Assembly: GCA_964594635.1 (NCBI GenBank)
Contig: CAZQMV010000008.1
Span: forward strand, 59,813-123,812
Origin: Uncultured Candidatus Berkiella sp.
GTDB taxonomy: Bacteria > Pseudomonadota > Gammaproteobacteria > Berkiellales > Berkiellaceae
Direction: 5' to 3'
Length of the DNA stretch: 64,000 nt
Below the pieces are notes generated by a model. The model saw only the letters and a program-made list of their open reading frames with translations, made no database searches and had not been told where the DNA came from. Numbering within the stretch: the first letter of the stretch is position 1; each line of letters starts with the position of its first letter. A program made the translations under genes and the position numbers. This document shows, piece by piece, positions 49,701 to 56,865 of this stretch.

Positions 49701-50850
49701 CAGTCCCAGTAAAACGATCAAATTAGTGGCAGTGAACGATCCCAGTCTTAAACAAATATGGCAAGTCGATGCGATTTCGCAGTGGCATATTGCGTTTGAA
49801 GGCATTCCCATGATTCATCAAAGTAATCAAGCAAATCGCTATATGCCGCGCTTTGAACCCTGGAATGGCGAAACAGTGACTATCGAAGTCACAAGGCCAC
49901 TGCCAGTTGCAGGAAACACAGTGACCATTGACGATAGCCGTTTAGCCGTTGCGCCAGGTAAACGCATCAGTCAAGGCTCGCTTGGGTTTACAGCACGAGC
50001 CAGTGAAGGCGGAGCACATGTCTTTAAAATTCCAGCAAGCGCTGTTTTGCAGGATGTTTTGATTAATGGATTGAGCCAACCAATCAATATGAAACAAGGT
50101 GAGATCACGGTTCCGCTGAATCCAGGCAGCCAAAGAATTGAAGTGAAATGGCAAGAACCGCACCCGATCTCGATGTTTTACCGCACCCCAGCAATTGATT
50201 TAGAAATGCTAAGTAGCAACGGTGTGATCGATCTCAATATAAGTAAAGATCGCTGGATTTTATTATTAGGAGGATCCGTGGTGGGTCCTGCCGTTTTATT
50301 TTGGGGATTATTAGGCATTATCCTTGTAGCGGCAATTGCTTTGGGACGTTCAAGTTTAACTCCTTTGCGTAGTTGGCAATGGTTTTTATTGGCAATCGGA
50401 TTAACTTTGGCAACACCCATGGCAATCATCATTGTAATAGCCTGGTTTGTTGCAATGAACAAAAGAAGAGATGTTTCTGCAACAATGTCAATCAGTGCGT
50501 TTCAATGGATGCAAGTTGGACTTGTGTTGTTAACACTGATATTCATAGTTAGCTTATTTACAAGTATATCTGATGGACTTCTTGGATCACCCCGAATGCA
50601 GCTTGCAGGTCCTGTCATCAATATTGTGCAATCTCAATTTACCGATCCACAAATGTATCAATTACAGTGGTATCAAGACATGTCGAAGGGAGAGCTCGCA
50701 CAAGCGTGGGTCATTTCATTACCAATGTATATATATAGGATTTTAATGCTGCTATGGGCATTATGGCTTGCTTTCTCGTTAGTGAAATGGATACGTTGGG
50801 GTTGGGAGAGCTTTGCTACACAAGGCTATTGGAAAGAACGGCCTAGATGA
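46744..50850 (+). CDS. Large uncharacterised membrane protein (1368 aa, two homologous halves)
   Basis: Signal peptide, beta-rich soluble domain and TM cluster, followed by an internal signal-like segment, a second soluble domain and a second TM cluster. Confidence 0.85.
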   Translation: MKTALRCWLLFICCCLTVWNVTAAPDDKSIPEILTPWKGWVLKGHEIALCPIPYNNQDQHFCVWPTDLKLNVGREKGSFTLKVVNYMEAWVVLPGSNEYWPQEIKVNQKVFPVSTHQGSPAVLLPLGEYTIEGVLHWERVPDFIQIPVNVGTVNLTIEDKVIEQPDRDRTGKIWLTRQNQPQVEHKEQDSLNVQVYRLFKDDVPLEQTLLLRLRVSGQSREVTLGPVLLADSLPLSIISRLPSRLEDNGLLRLQVKPGVWDVSIKSRFVGKQDKIDFQSLASPWPANEIWSFAQQNALRLVDIQGAQSIDPQQTDMPMAWREYPAYLLDKGKSLTFKEMRRGQEARRAEQLNLQRRMWLDFEGKGYTLQDTMTGTIEQHWRLSQLPPYQLGRVSIDGHDRLITQVGDGVPGVEIRQGILNLTAVSRINEVPSKLPAVGWDVDVKSLSTQLHLPPGWMLLGAWGVDTANEAWIQQWTLLDLFLVLIIAAAVLKLLGWRWGLVALLMITMTYQERSAPVYSWLNLIAALALIVVLPPTSKAKRWITYYFGLSFIVLLFWALPFMAMQIRNAIYPQLTLPNGYPMAIQEGIVMSKMAGAPQVAMEALNAPLGRQKMFEDRGVAGSSANVQDQIAKEEKQLDDYDPNAKRQTGPSVPIWYWNQYNLTWNGPVQMDQTLKLWLLSARVTSVLKVLQVLLMFALIYGLFKASRVEARNITPPENRKVPQVAAIALFFLGMLSFGLLAPDAMASDIPDEALLTQLRERLLEPPTCLPECAEISRMQVEANANNLVLRIKANITSNVALPIPSTLDKWVPRTVLVNNVIAKNLQYDANQQLWLNLPAGVHDVVMEGLIGDQDKFEIGIPLKPKDISQSANGWTIEGINRHQLQGNHLYFNRVKQADEPTKTPNANLQASRIPPFVILTKTLKLGLDWEVINQLQRVAPTQGAIDISIPLLAGESVLSDKVQMKDGKAWVTLGTQENQVVWRSKLSPSKTIKLVAVNDPSLKQIWQVDAISQWHIAFEGIPMIHQSNQANRYMPRFEPWNGETVTIEVTRPLPVAGNTVTIDDSRLAVAPGKRISQGSLGFTARASEGGAHVFKIPASAVLQDVLINGLSQPINMKQGEITVPLNPGSQRIEVKWQEPHPISMFYRTPAIDLEMLSSNGVIDLNISKDRWILLLGGSVVGPAVLFWGLLGIILVAAIALGRSSLTPLRSWQWFLLAIGLTLATPMAIIIVIAWFVAMNKRRDVSATMSISAFQWMQVGLVLLTLIFIVSLFTSISDGLLGSPRMQLAGPVINIVQSQFTDPQMYQLQWYQDMSKGELAQAWVISLPMYIYRILMLLWALWLAFSLVKWIRWGWESFATQGYWKERPR

Positions 50851-51012
50851 TTGCTAATAACGGTGCTCCGCATATTGAAGAGTCGTAGCGACAGCGGTAT
50901 ATTATGCATCGTTAAGTTTTTTAACGTGGGTTTGGTTTAATGCACTTTCATAATCATTTGATGTTAGTCGCAATGCCATTAACCGTTATGCATTCCAATG
51001 GAGAGTTTGTAG

Positions 51013-52392
51013 ATGAGCAAAATGACAAATAGTAGGTTGGCCATGTTGGCTCTAGCGGGCCTAGGCGCCGTCGCATCAGGGTCAGCATTTGCTGATAGCA
51101 TGACGGTTGGCTCAAGAGGCGGCTTGGAAGTATTCGAAACCAGTTCTAAAGATTACTGGTTCCGTTTCGGTGGTCGAATGATGTTAGACCAAGCTTGGTT
51201 TGATACTGGTGAAAACGTTCTCGGTTTCCCAAGCGGTGCACAAATTCGTAATGCTCGTATCACTCTCAAAGGTGGCGTAGGCGCACATTGGGTTTATAAG
51301 TTAGACGTAGATTTAATTGATGCGCCAGGCGAAGCCGGCACATCACGTTTTGGTGAAGCTTGGTTAGGTTATGATGCTTGCGATACTTTCTTCTTCGCAC
51401 TCGGTCAAGTGAGCGTTCCATTTGGTTTAGAAAACTGGGGTAGCTCAAGCGATACGCCATTCATGGAACTTTCATTGCCTTCAAATGCTTTCTCACCTTA
51501 CTACGGTTTAGGTTTGTATGCTGAATGGCATGGTCAAATGATCACTGCTTCCGGTGCAATTTATCATCCTTATGGCGCTGGCCACAGACAAACGGGTGAC
51601 GTTATTGCGTCCCCACCCGTTATTGCTGGTGTAGCACAACCAGGCAGCGGTCCGTTTGGTAGCACAGCAGGCAGCGATACCCTCGGTGCTGCAGCGCGTA
51701 TCACTTTCTCACCGGTTCATGACAACTATACTGTTTACCATTTAGGTGCGTCTGGTCGTTATGAAGATTTCCATAACGAAGCAAATGGCTTCGACTATTT
51801 CACCGGTATGGAAGTTCGTGCACGTAACACGCCAGTTCTGTTCACCAACATTCCACCTAATTCTGCTCAAGACAACCAAGTCTATGGCTTAGAATTAGCT
51901 GGCCGTTGGGGACCAATGATTCTGCAAGGCGAATACATGTGGGCTCGTATTAACCGTGATGACATTTACCCAGTGGGCGACTTACGTAACCCAGCTGGCG
52001 ACCAAAAATATCATGGTTACTATGTAGAAGGTTCTTATGTATTAACCGGCGAAATCAAAGAATACGATTTTGACAGCGGAACATTCGGTACAGTACATCC
52101 TAGATGCCGTACTGGTGCATGGGAAATTGCAGCGCGTCACAGTTATGTAAACTTGTTAGATAACCAATCGTTAGCTAGTAACCCGTACGCATTCTTTGTC
52201 GACTGGCCAAACAGCAGATTCACCAACTCGGTTGATTCTTTAGATCTCGTTGGTTCTGCACATGCAACAACAGTAGGATTGAATTGGTACGTAAACGACA
52301 ATGTTAGGTTTATGGCCAACTACAATCGTACCTCCTTGCCTGCTGATTCCAGCGTAAGCATCTTAGGCTTACGTGGTCAGGTAATCTGGTAA
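51013..52392 (+). CDS. OprO/OprP family phosphate-selective porin
   Basis: Signal peptide ending AFA, FRFGGRMMLD, RNARITLKG, GQVSVPFGLE, GYY...SYVLTGE, GAWEIAAR, GLNWY.N..RFM.NY, terminal W. Confidence 0.9.
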   Translation: MSKMTNSRLAMLALAGLGAVASGSAFADSMTVGSRGGLEVFETSSKDYWFRFGGRMMLDQAWFDTGENVLGFPSGAQIRNARITLKGGVGAHWVYKLDVDLIDAPGEAGTSRFGEAWLGYDACDTFFFALGQVSVPFGLENWGSSSDTPFMELSLPSNAFSPYYGLGLYAEWHGQMITASGAIYHPYGAGHRQTGDVIASPPVIAGVAQPGSGPFGSTAGSDTLGAAARITFSPVHDNYTVYHLGASGRYEDFHNEANGFDYFTGMEVRARNTPVLFTNIPPNSAQDNQVYGLELAGRWGPMILQGEYMWARINRDDIYPVGDLRNPAGDQKYHGYYVEGSYVLTGEIKEYDFDSGTFGTVHPRCRTGAWEIAARHSYVNLLDNQSLASNPYAFFVDWPNSRFTNSVDSLDLVGSAHATTVGLNWYVNDNVRFMANYNRTSLPADSSVSILGLRGQVIW

Positions 52393-52402
52393 CCAAACTA
52401 AT

Positions 52403-52433
52403 AAAAAAGCCCTGTTTTACAGGGCTTTTTTTT
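52403..52433 (+). terminator. Intrinsic terminator after the porin
   Basis: AAAAAAGCCCTGT-TTT-ACAGGGCTTTTTTTT. Confidence 0.9.
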
Positions 52434-52507
52434 GTGAAAAATAAAATCACGGTTGTACTTATTCGTTCTACAGCTAAACTGATAACAGAAAGATTCTACT
52501 TTATTGG

Positions 52508-53569
52508 ATGAGAAATATGCGTCGCTTATTGTCTTGTGCACTGCTTAGCGCCATGTTATGGGGATGTCAAAAGACAAATCCGCATCCAATGGATCCATTT
52601 GAAGGCGTTAACCGTGAAATTTACGCGTTAAACAAAACCCTCGACAAAGCTGTTGTTAGACCCGTTGCTTATGCCTATTGGAAATATTTGCCAACACCCT
52701 TTCAAATGGGGATTGGTAATTTTTATGACAATCTAAGAGAAATCTCGAACATCGCGAATGATATTTTGCAGGGCAAACTTGGTTATGCTTCACACGACGC
52801 GAGCCGTTTCTTTATTAATTCTACTCTCGGTTTAGGCGGTTTTTTTGATGTTGCAGGCAATTTAGGGCTGATGCACCGCAGGGAAGATTTTGGACAAACG
52901 TTATATATTTGGGGTTATGAGTGCTCCGCTTATATCGTATTGCCACTCCTTGGACCCAGTACTATCCGTGATACAGCAGGTTTGGTTGTTGATTATTATG
53001 CCTTCAGTGTCTGGCCATGGATTGGGGATGATGAATGGCGTTATGGTCTCTTAACATTAGATCTTATCGATCTCAGAGCAAGATTATTAAGACATGATAC
53101 CGTATTGAGTACGGTTGCTGTCGATGAATACGCTTTCATGCGTGATGCTTATTTCCAACGACGCCTCTATCTCATTAACAATGAATTTGACAATGATGCA
53201 GATGGCGATGGCACAGCAGATCTCGATCCTTATGATGCTTCCAATAGCAGCAGTGATGCGAAGCTTTCTATTGAAAGCGCTAAGACGAAAAATGATAGCA
53301 GCACAGAGGTCACGGTTGTTAAAGATTTGCCTGCGGTTAAGGAACCTGCTGTTAAAACAACAGAGCCTGTTAAAGACAGCGATTTACCCGATCCCAAAGC
53401 GGATGCAGGTAAGACCAATCTCAAACCCGCTACGGTTAAGACCAAAACGGATAAAGATGTTTATCCTCTAAAAGTTGAGGGTGCTAGCAAGCCCAAAGCG
53501 GAAGTCACGAGTAAGCCAAAAGCTGAAAGCTCTAATACTCAAAAAATTTCAATGCTCAAACCAGTTTGA
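52508..53569 (+). CDS. mlaA: MlaA/VacJ lipoprotein with a long acidic then K/P/T-rich C-terminal tail
   Basis: Lipobox LWGC, DPFEGVNR, NSTLGLGGFFDVA, EDFGQTL..WG, LPLLGPSTIRD, D.YAFMRDAY.QRR. Confidence 0.92.
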   Translation: MRNMRRLLSCALLSAMLWGCQKTNPHPMDPFEGVNREIYALNKTLDKAVVRPVAYAYWKYLPTPFQMGIGNFYDNLREISNIANDILQGKLGYASHDASRFFINSTLGLGGFFDVAGNLGLMHRREDFGQTLYIWGYECSAYIVLPLLGPSTIRDTAGLVVDYYAFSVWPWIGDDEWRYGLLTLDLIDLRARLLRHDTVLSTVAVDEYAFMRDAYFQRRLYLINNEFDNDADGDGTADLDPYDASNSSSDAKLSIESAKTKNDSSTEVTVVKDLPAVKEPAVKTTEPVKDSDLPDPKADAGKTNLKPATVKTKTDKDVYPLKVEGASKPKAEVTSKPKAESSNTQKISMLKPV

Positions 53570-53678
53570 TTTTAGGCTAGGCGACAAGTCCTCGAACAAC
53601 AGGAATGTACTAAAGTACATGACTGTTTGTGAGATGGACGAAGTCAACAACGCCTAAAACCAAAATGGGAAGAGCATT
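53551..53678 (+). mobile_element. ERIC-like palindromic miniature element, copy 2 (128 bp)
   Basis: Termini AATGCTC/GAGCATT, subterminal TTTGATTTTAGGC/GCCTAAAACCAAA, core CAACAGGAATGTACTAAAGTACATGACTGTT. Confidence 0.88.
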
Positions 53679-54961
53679 TAACAGAATTTAGCGGCGGCGG
53701 TCACCCAATATTTACGGGTATCAGCATAACCATATTCTTTACGGCCAGAAAAATCAGCGTATTCCACTCCCAAAAAGTAATTTTTAAAGATGGGGCGTTT
53801 AATACCAAAATCCCATTCATGTCCAAAAGTTGTGCCACCTGATTGCGCTTTAAAATGATGGTACGTTGCTTCTAGAACAACTTCCCAAGCGGTGATTTGT
53901 GCACTGGCATAGAGATCTTTTAAGCCATCGTCGGGCGTTCTCGTAAACTTTCCGGCATAACCATTAAATTCATGCAAACTGGCAAAAGGTGTTTTAAAGG
54001 CTTTACCAAAGGTTCGGTCATCGCCACTCAATACTTCAAGACCGCCACTGAGATCGAAGCAAAGCCAGGTCAACCCGCCGTTAAGGTGATAATAGTTTGC
54101 GCGGTAATCAACCGGGTTAGGATTTTTAGCATTTTGTCTGGCATATTCCATCACGCTATAAAGCGTGAAATCTGCAAAGGGATAATCACCTTCATATCGC
54201 AATCCATAAGTGTTGGCTGAGAAAGTGGGGAAATCAAAATCATGCACTAAGTAGCCGTAAGCAATTAAATCTCCAAAAGGAAATATTGTTGCTGACACAT
54301 TGATAAGATGTGTGGTGTTAGCGCGTTGTGGGAAATAAGCACTTTGATTACCTTGATAAATGGTGTTCACTTGATCGACAAAAGCATAAAACAATTCAAC
54401 ATTGGTCAGTGAGCGATTGACGAGGCTAACTGCATCATAGGTTTTTGGCATTTGTCTAAAATCAGAGGTGCCAACAAAACGTTCGTTATCAAGATTAATG
54501 TTTTGTCTTCCAACCAGAATTTGGGTTTCAGGAATACCGTCAAATGCGACCAAAGCTTGAACCAATGCCGTTCCTTTAGGATCGGGTATGATTGCGTAAT
54601 GGGTTTTTGAAGGACTGGTATTACTTCCGCTATTATGATGATTATTAAAATAAGACGTCACATTATTGAAATCCAATAACCCATAAACATGATAAAAAGG
54701 GGCCGTATTATACGTTAAGCGAGTCGAGAGCGTGCTAGCTCTCCCTGGAAAGTCGGGATCGCGGCTTAATTGTGGCCAACTTTTATCATTCACCTGTTCT
54801 TGGCGAAAGCGCAGCTTTAAACGGGTGTCCCCCTGGAAGAAGATGTCTTCTAGACAGTTTGCTTGTCCTTGGGGGGTAGGTGTATCGGTTGTATAAAAAC
54901 CTACACTCAGGGTAGGGTAGGCGAGAAAGAGTGCTAATAGGCTAGTTGTTCTTTTGTTCAT
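53678..54961 (-). CDS. Alginate-export (AlgE-like) family outer membrane beta-barrel
   Basis: LRFRQE, RLTYNTA, VGRQ.INLDNERFVG...RQ...YDA, F.TP.ASLH.FNGYA.KF, G.EWD; ends AKFC. Confidence 0.8.
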   Translation of the reverse strand: MNKRTTSLLALFLAYPTLSVGFYTTDTPTPQGQANCLEDIFFQGDTRLKLRFRQEQVNDKSWPQLSRDPDFPGRASTLSTRLTYNTAPFYHVYGLLDFNNVTSYFNNHHNSGSNTSPSKTHYAIIPDPKGTALVQALVAFDGIPETQILVGRQNINLDNERFVGTSDFRQMPKTYDAVSLVNRSLTNVELFYAFVDQVNTIYQGNQSAYFPQRANTTHLINVSATIFPFGDLIAYGYLVHDFDFPTFSANTYGLRYEGDYPFADFTLYSVMEYARQNAKNPNPVDYRANYYHLNGGLTWLCFDLSGGLEVLSGDDRTFGKAFKTPFASLHEFNGYAGKFTRTPDDGLKDLYASAQITAWEVVLEATYHHFKAQSGGTTFGHEWDFGIKRPIFKNYFLGVEYADFSGRKEYGYADTRKYWVTAAAKFC

Positions 54962-55000
54962 TATTTTCCCCGTTTCTACTACACGGTATAAGAATTAGTT

Positions 55001-55019
55001 GCCAATCATAATGATTGGC
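55001..55019. promoter_or_regulatory. Perfect 9-1-9 inverted repeat, operator candidate
   Basis: GCCAATCAT-A-ATGATTGGC in the divergent promoter region. Confidence 0.5.
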
Positions 55020-55145
55020 TTACCGGATATCCAGTATTTTACACCGTAAGCTCTATTGTTTTGCCGAACTATCCGATTAAGGGATAGGGGCTATTCTCTT
55101 TGGTCCAGACTATTTATAAACTATTGAGCTAACATTAGGCTGTAA

Positions 55146-56336
55146 ATGAAGACAGATAGCATGATTTCATATGGACGCATTCTCAGCGCAGATGCTGAGG
55201 TCCAATTTCGTAAAACCATTGTCGACTATTTAGAAGACAGCGGGTTTACTATGTATGAAGCCTCAGCCGGTGAAGAGGCACTAGCGGTGTTTCGAGATAA
55301 AAAACCCGATTTAGTTCTGAGTAGTTTAGCGATGACAGGGTTGAATGGTTTAACCTTGCTGGAATCGATTAAAAGAGAATCACCTGAAACCCCTGTTGTG
55401 ATTGTCGCCGAATCACATGCTACCGATGATTTAATTGAGGCCTTGCGCTTAGGTGCACAAGATTATGTATTGAAACCTGTTGTGAATATGACCGTGCTTG
55501 AGCATGCGGTTTGTCGTGCATTAGAAGGTGGACGTCTTGTTAGCGAGAATAAGAAGTATCGGCAAGAATTAGAAGCTAAAAATATTCAGTTGGCGCACAG
55601 TTTAGAACAACTCAAAGAAGATCAAGAAGCAGGGAAAAGTGTGCAACAACAACTCCTTCCAAAAGAAGAAATGACATTTTCAGATTATCACTTTACCCAT
55701 CGCGTGATCCCTTCTCTTTATTTAAGCGGTGATTTTATTGATTACTTCGAAATCAGTGATGACAAGATTGTCTTTTATATCGCCGATGTATCGGGGCATG
55801 GTGCCTCTTCTGCTTTCGTCACTGTGCTGCTGAAAAGTTTTATTGAAAAAATGGTTTTGAATTTTGAAATGGGGTATGACGAATTTATCTTACATCCAGA
55901 AAAAGTGTTGAAGCTTCTGAGTGATGAAATTTTGAAAGCAAAACTCGGTAAATATTTGACAATGGTTTATGGCGTGATTGATCTCACTCGAAACGTGCTT
56001 GTGTATAGCATAGGTGGGCATTGCCCAAATCCACTCATATGGGATGGTCATAAAAGTGGTTTTTTACCAGGCCGTGGTTTTGCGGTAGGGATTTTTAAAG
56101 GCGCTGAATATGAGCAATATCAATACCCGTTACAAGAATCATTTGGTATCGCCATGTTTTCAGATGGTATTTTTGAAATTATGAAAGGAAAAGATCTGGC
56201 AGAAAAGGAAAAGGAGCTTCTGTCACTAATGGAAAAGCCAGATATCACTGTACAGCAAATGTTAACTGAACTTGGAGTACGTCCTGAGACGAGTTATCCC
56301 GATGATATTTCATTAGTCATGGTGCGTAAGGGTTGA
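55146..56336 (+). CDS. rssB: Receiver-PP2C/SpoIIE phosphatase (Pseudomonas RssB/PA2798-like) with a degenerate receiver
   Basis: YLEDSGF, ALRLGAQDYVLKP, LEH.V.RAL, EDQEAGKSVQ..LLP, SGDFIDY, IADVSGHG, FSDG, DDI. The phospho-Asp position reads DLVLSSLAM. Confidence 0.85.
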   Translation: MKTDSMISYGRILSADAEVQFRKTIVDYLEDSGFTMYEASAGEEALAVFRDKKPDLVLSSLAMTGLNGLTLLESIKRESPETPVVIVAESHATDDLIEALRLGAQDYVLKPVVNMTVLEHAVCRALEGGRLVSENKKYRQELEAKNIQLAHSLEQLKEDQEAGKSVQQQLLPKEEMTFSDYHFTHRVIPSLYLSGDFIDYFEISDDKIVFYIADVSGHGASSAFVTVLLKSFIEKMVLNFEMGYDEFILHPEKVLKLLSDEILKAKLGKYLTMVYGVIDLTRNVLVYSIGGHCPNPLIWDGHKSGFLPGRGFAVGIFKGAEYEQYQYPLQESFGIAMFSDGIFEIMKGKDLAEKEKELLSLMEKPDITVQQMLTELGVRPETSYPDDISLVMVRKG

Positions 56337-56836
56337 ATATGCAAACTTATCCTATTTTATATCTCAATAAAAAAGACTTTTTTGTGTTAAAACTGATAGG
56401 TGAGCTTCGGTTCAACATTGCTCCAACCTTAGAAGCAGTGCTTAAACTGTGCAACCCTTATGAAGCGAAAAAGGATATTTTAATTGATATGACCCAAACC
56501 ACGATGGTGGATAGTACGGTTTTGGGGACATTATTAAATTTCTTTTTAGCTGAGGAGCATCGTCCTTTATTCACAATGGAGCCACCCAGCATTGTTTGTA
56601 ATAATGATGACATAAAAAGAATATTAAGAGACATAGGCTTTACCCAGCTTTTTAAAGTGAAAGAATTCGATGAGCGGTTGGCAGACATCTGGGATGAATA
56701 TACGATGGTTGAAGAAAGCACAGTTGAAAAGGGGGTGATTGAGGAATGCATTCGACACTCTCATTTAACCTTAAGCCAATTACATCGACCTCGTTCGGAC
56801 ATGGATTTAGTGGTGCGAACCTTAAAAGATAAATAA
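56333..56836 (+). CDS. rssC: STAS-domain anti-sigma-factor antagonist (RssC/PA2797-like)
   Basis: VLKLIGELR, IDMTQT..VDSTVLG with the conserved phospho-Ser, H..L..L C-terminal motif. Translationally coupled to the upstream gene (TTG 56333 or ATG 56339). Confidence 0.8.
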   Translation: MNMQTYPILYLNKKDFFVLKLIGELRFNIAPTLEAVLKLCNPYEAKKDILIDMTQTTMVDSTVLGTLLNFFLAEEHRPLFTMEPPSIVCNNDDIKRILRDIGFTQLFKVKEFDERLADIWDEYTMVEESTVEKGVIEECIRHSHLTLSQLHRPRSDMDLVVRTLKDK

Positions 56837-56865
56837 TGACTAGTATGTTGGAGAAATAAGTAATT

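Noticed and set aside
50851-51012. Pho box upstream of the OprO/P porin
   Set aside because: Candidate GTCAT-like half-sites are weak and spaced 10 bp rather than 11 bp apart.
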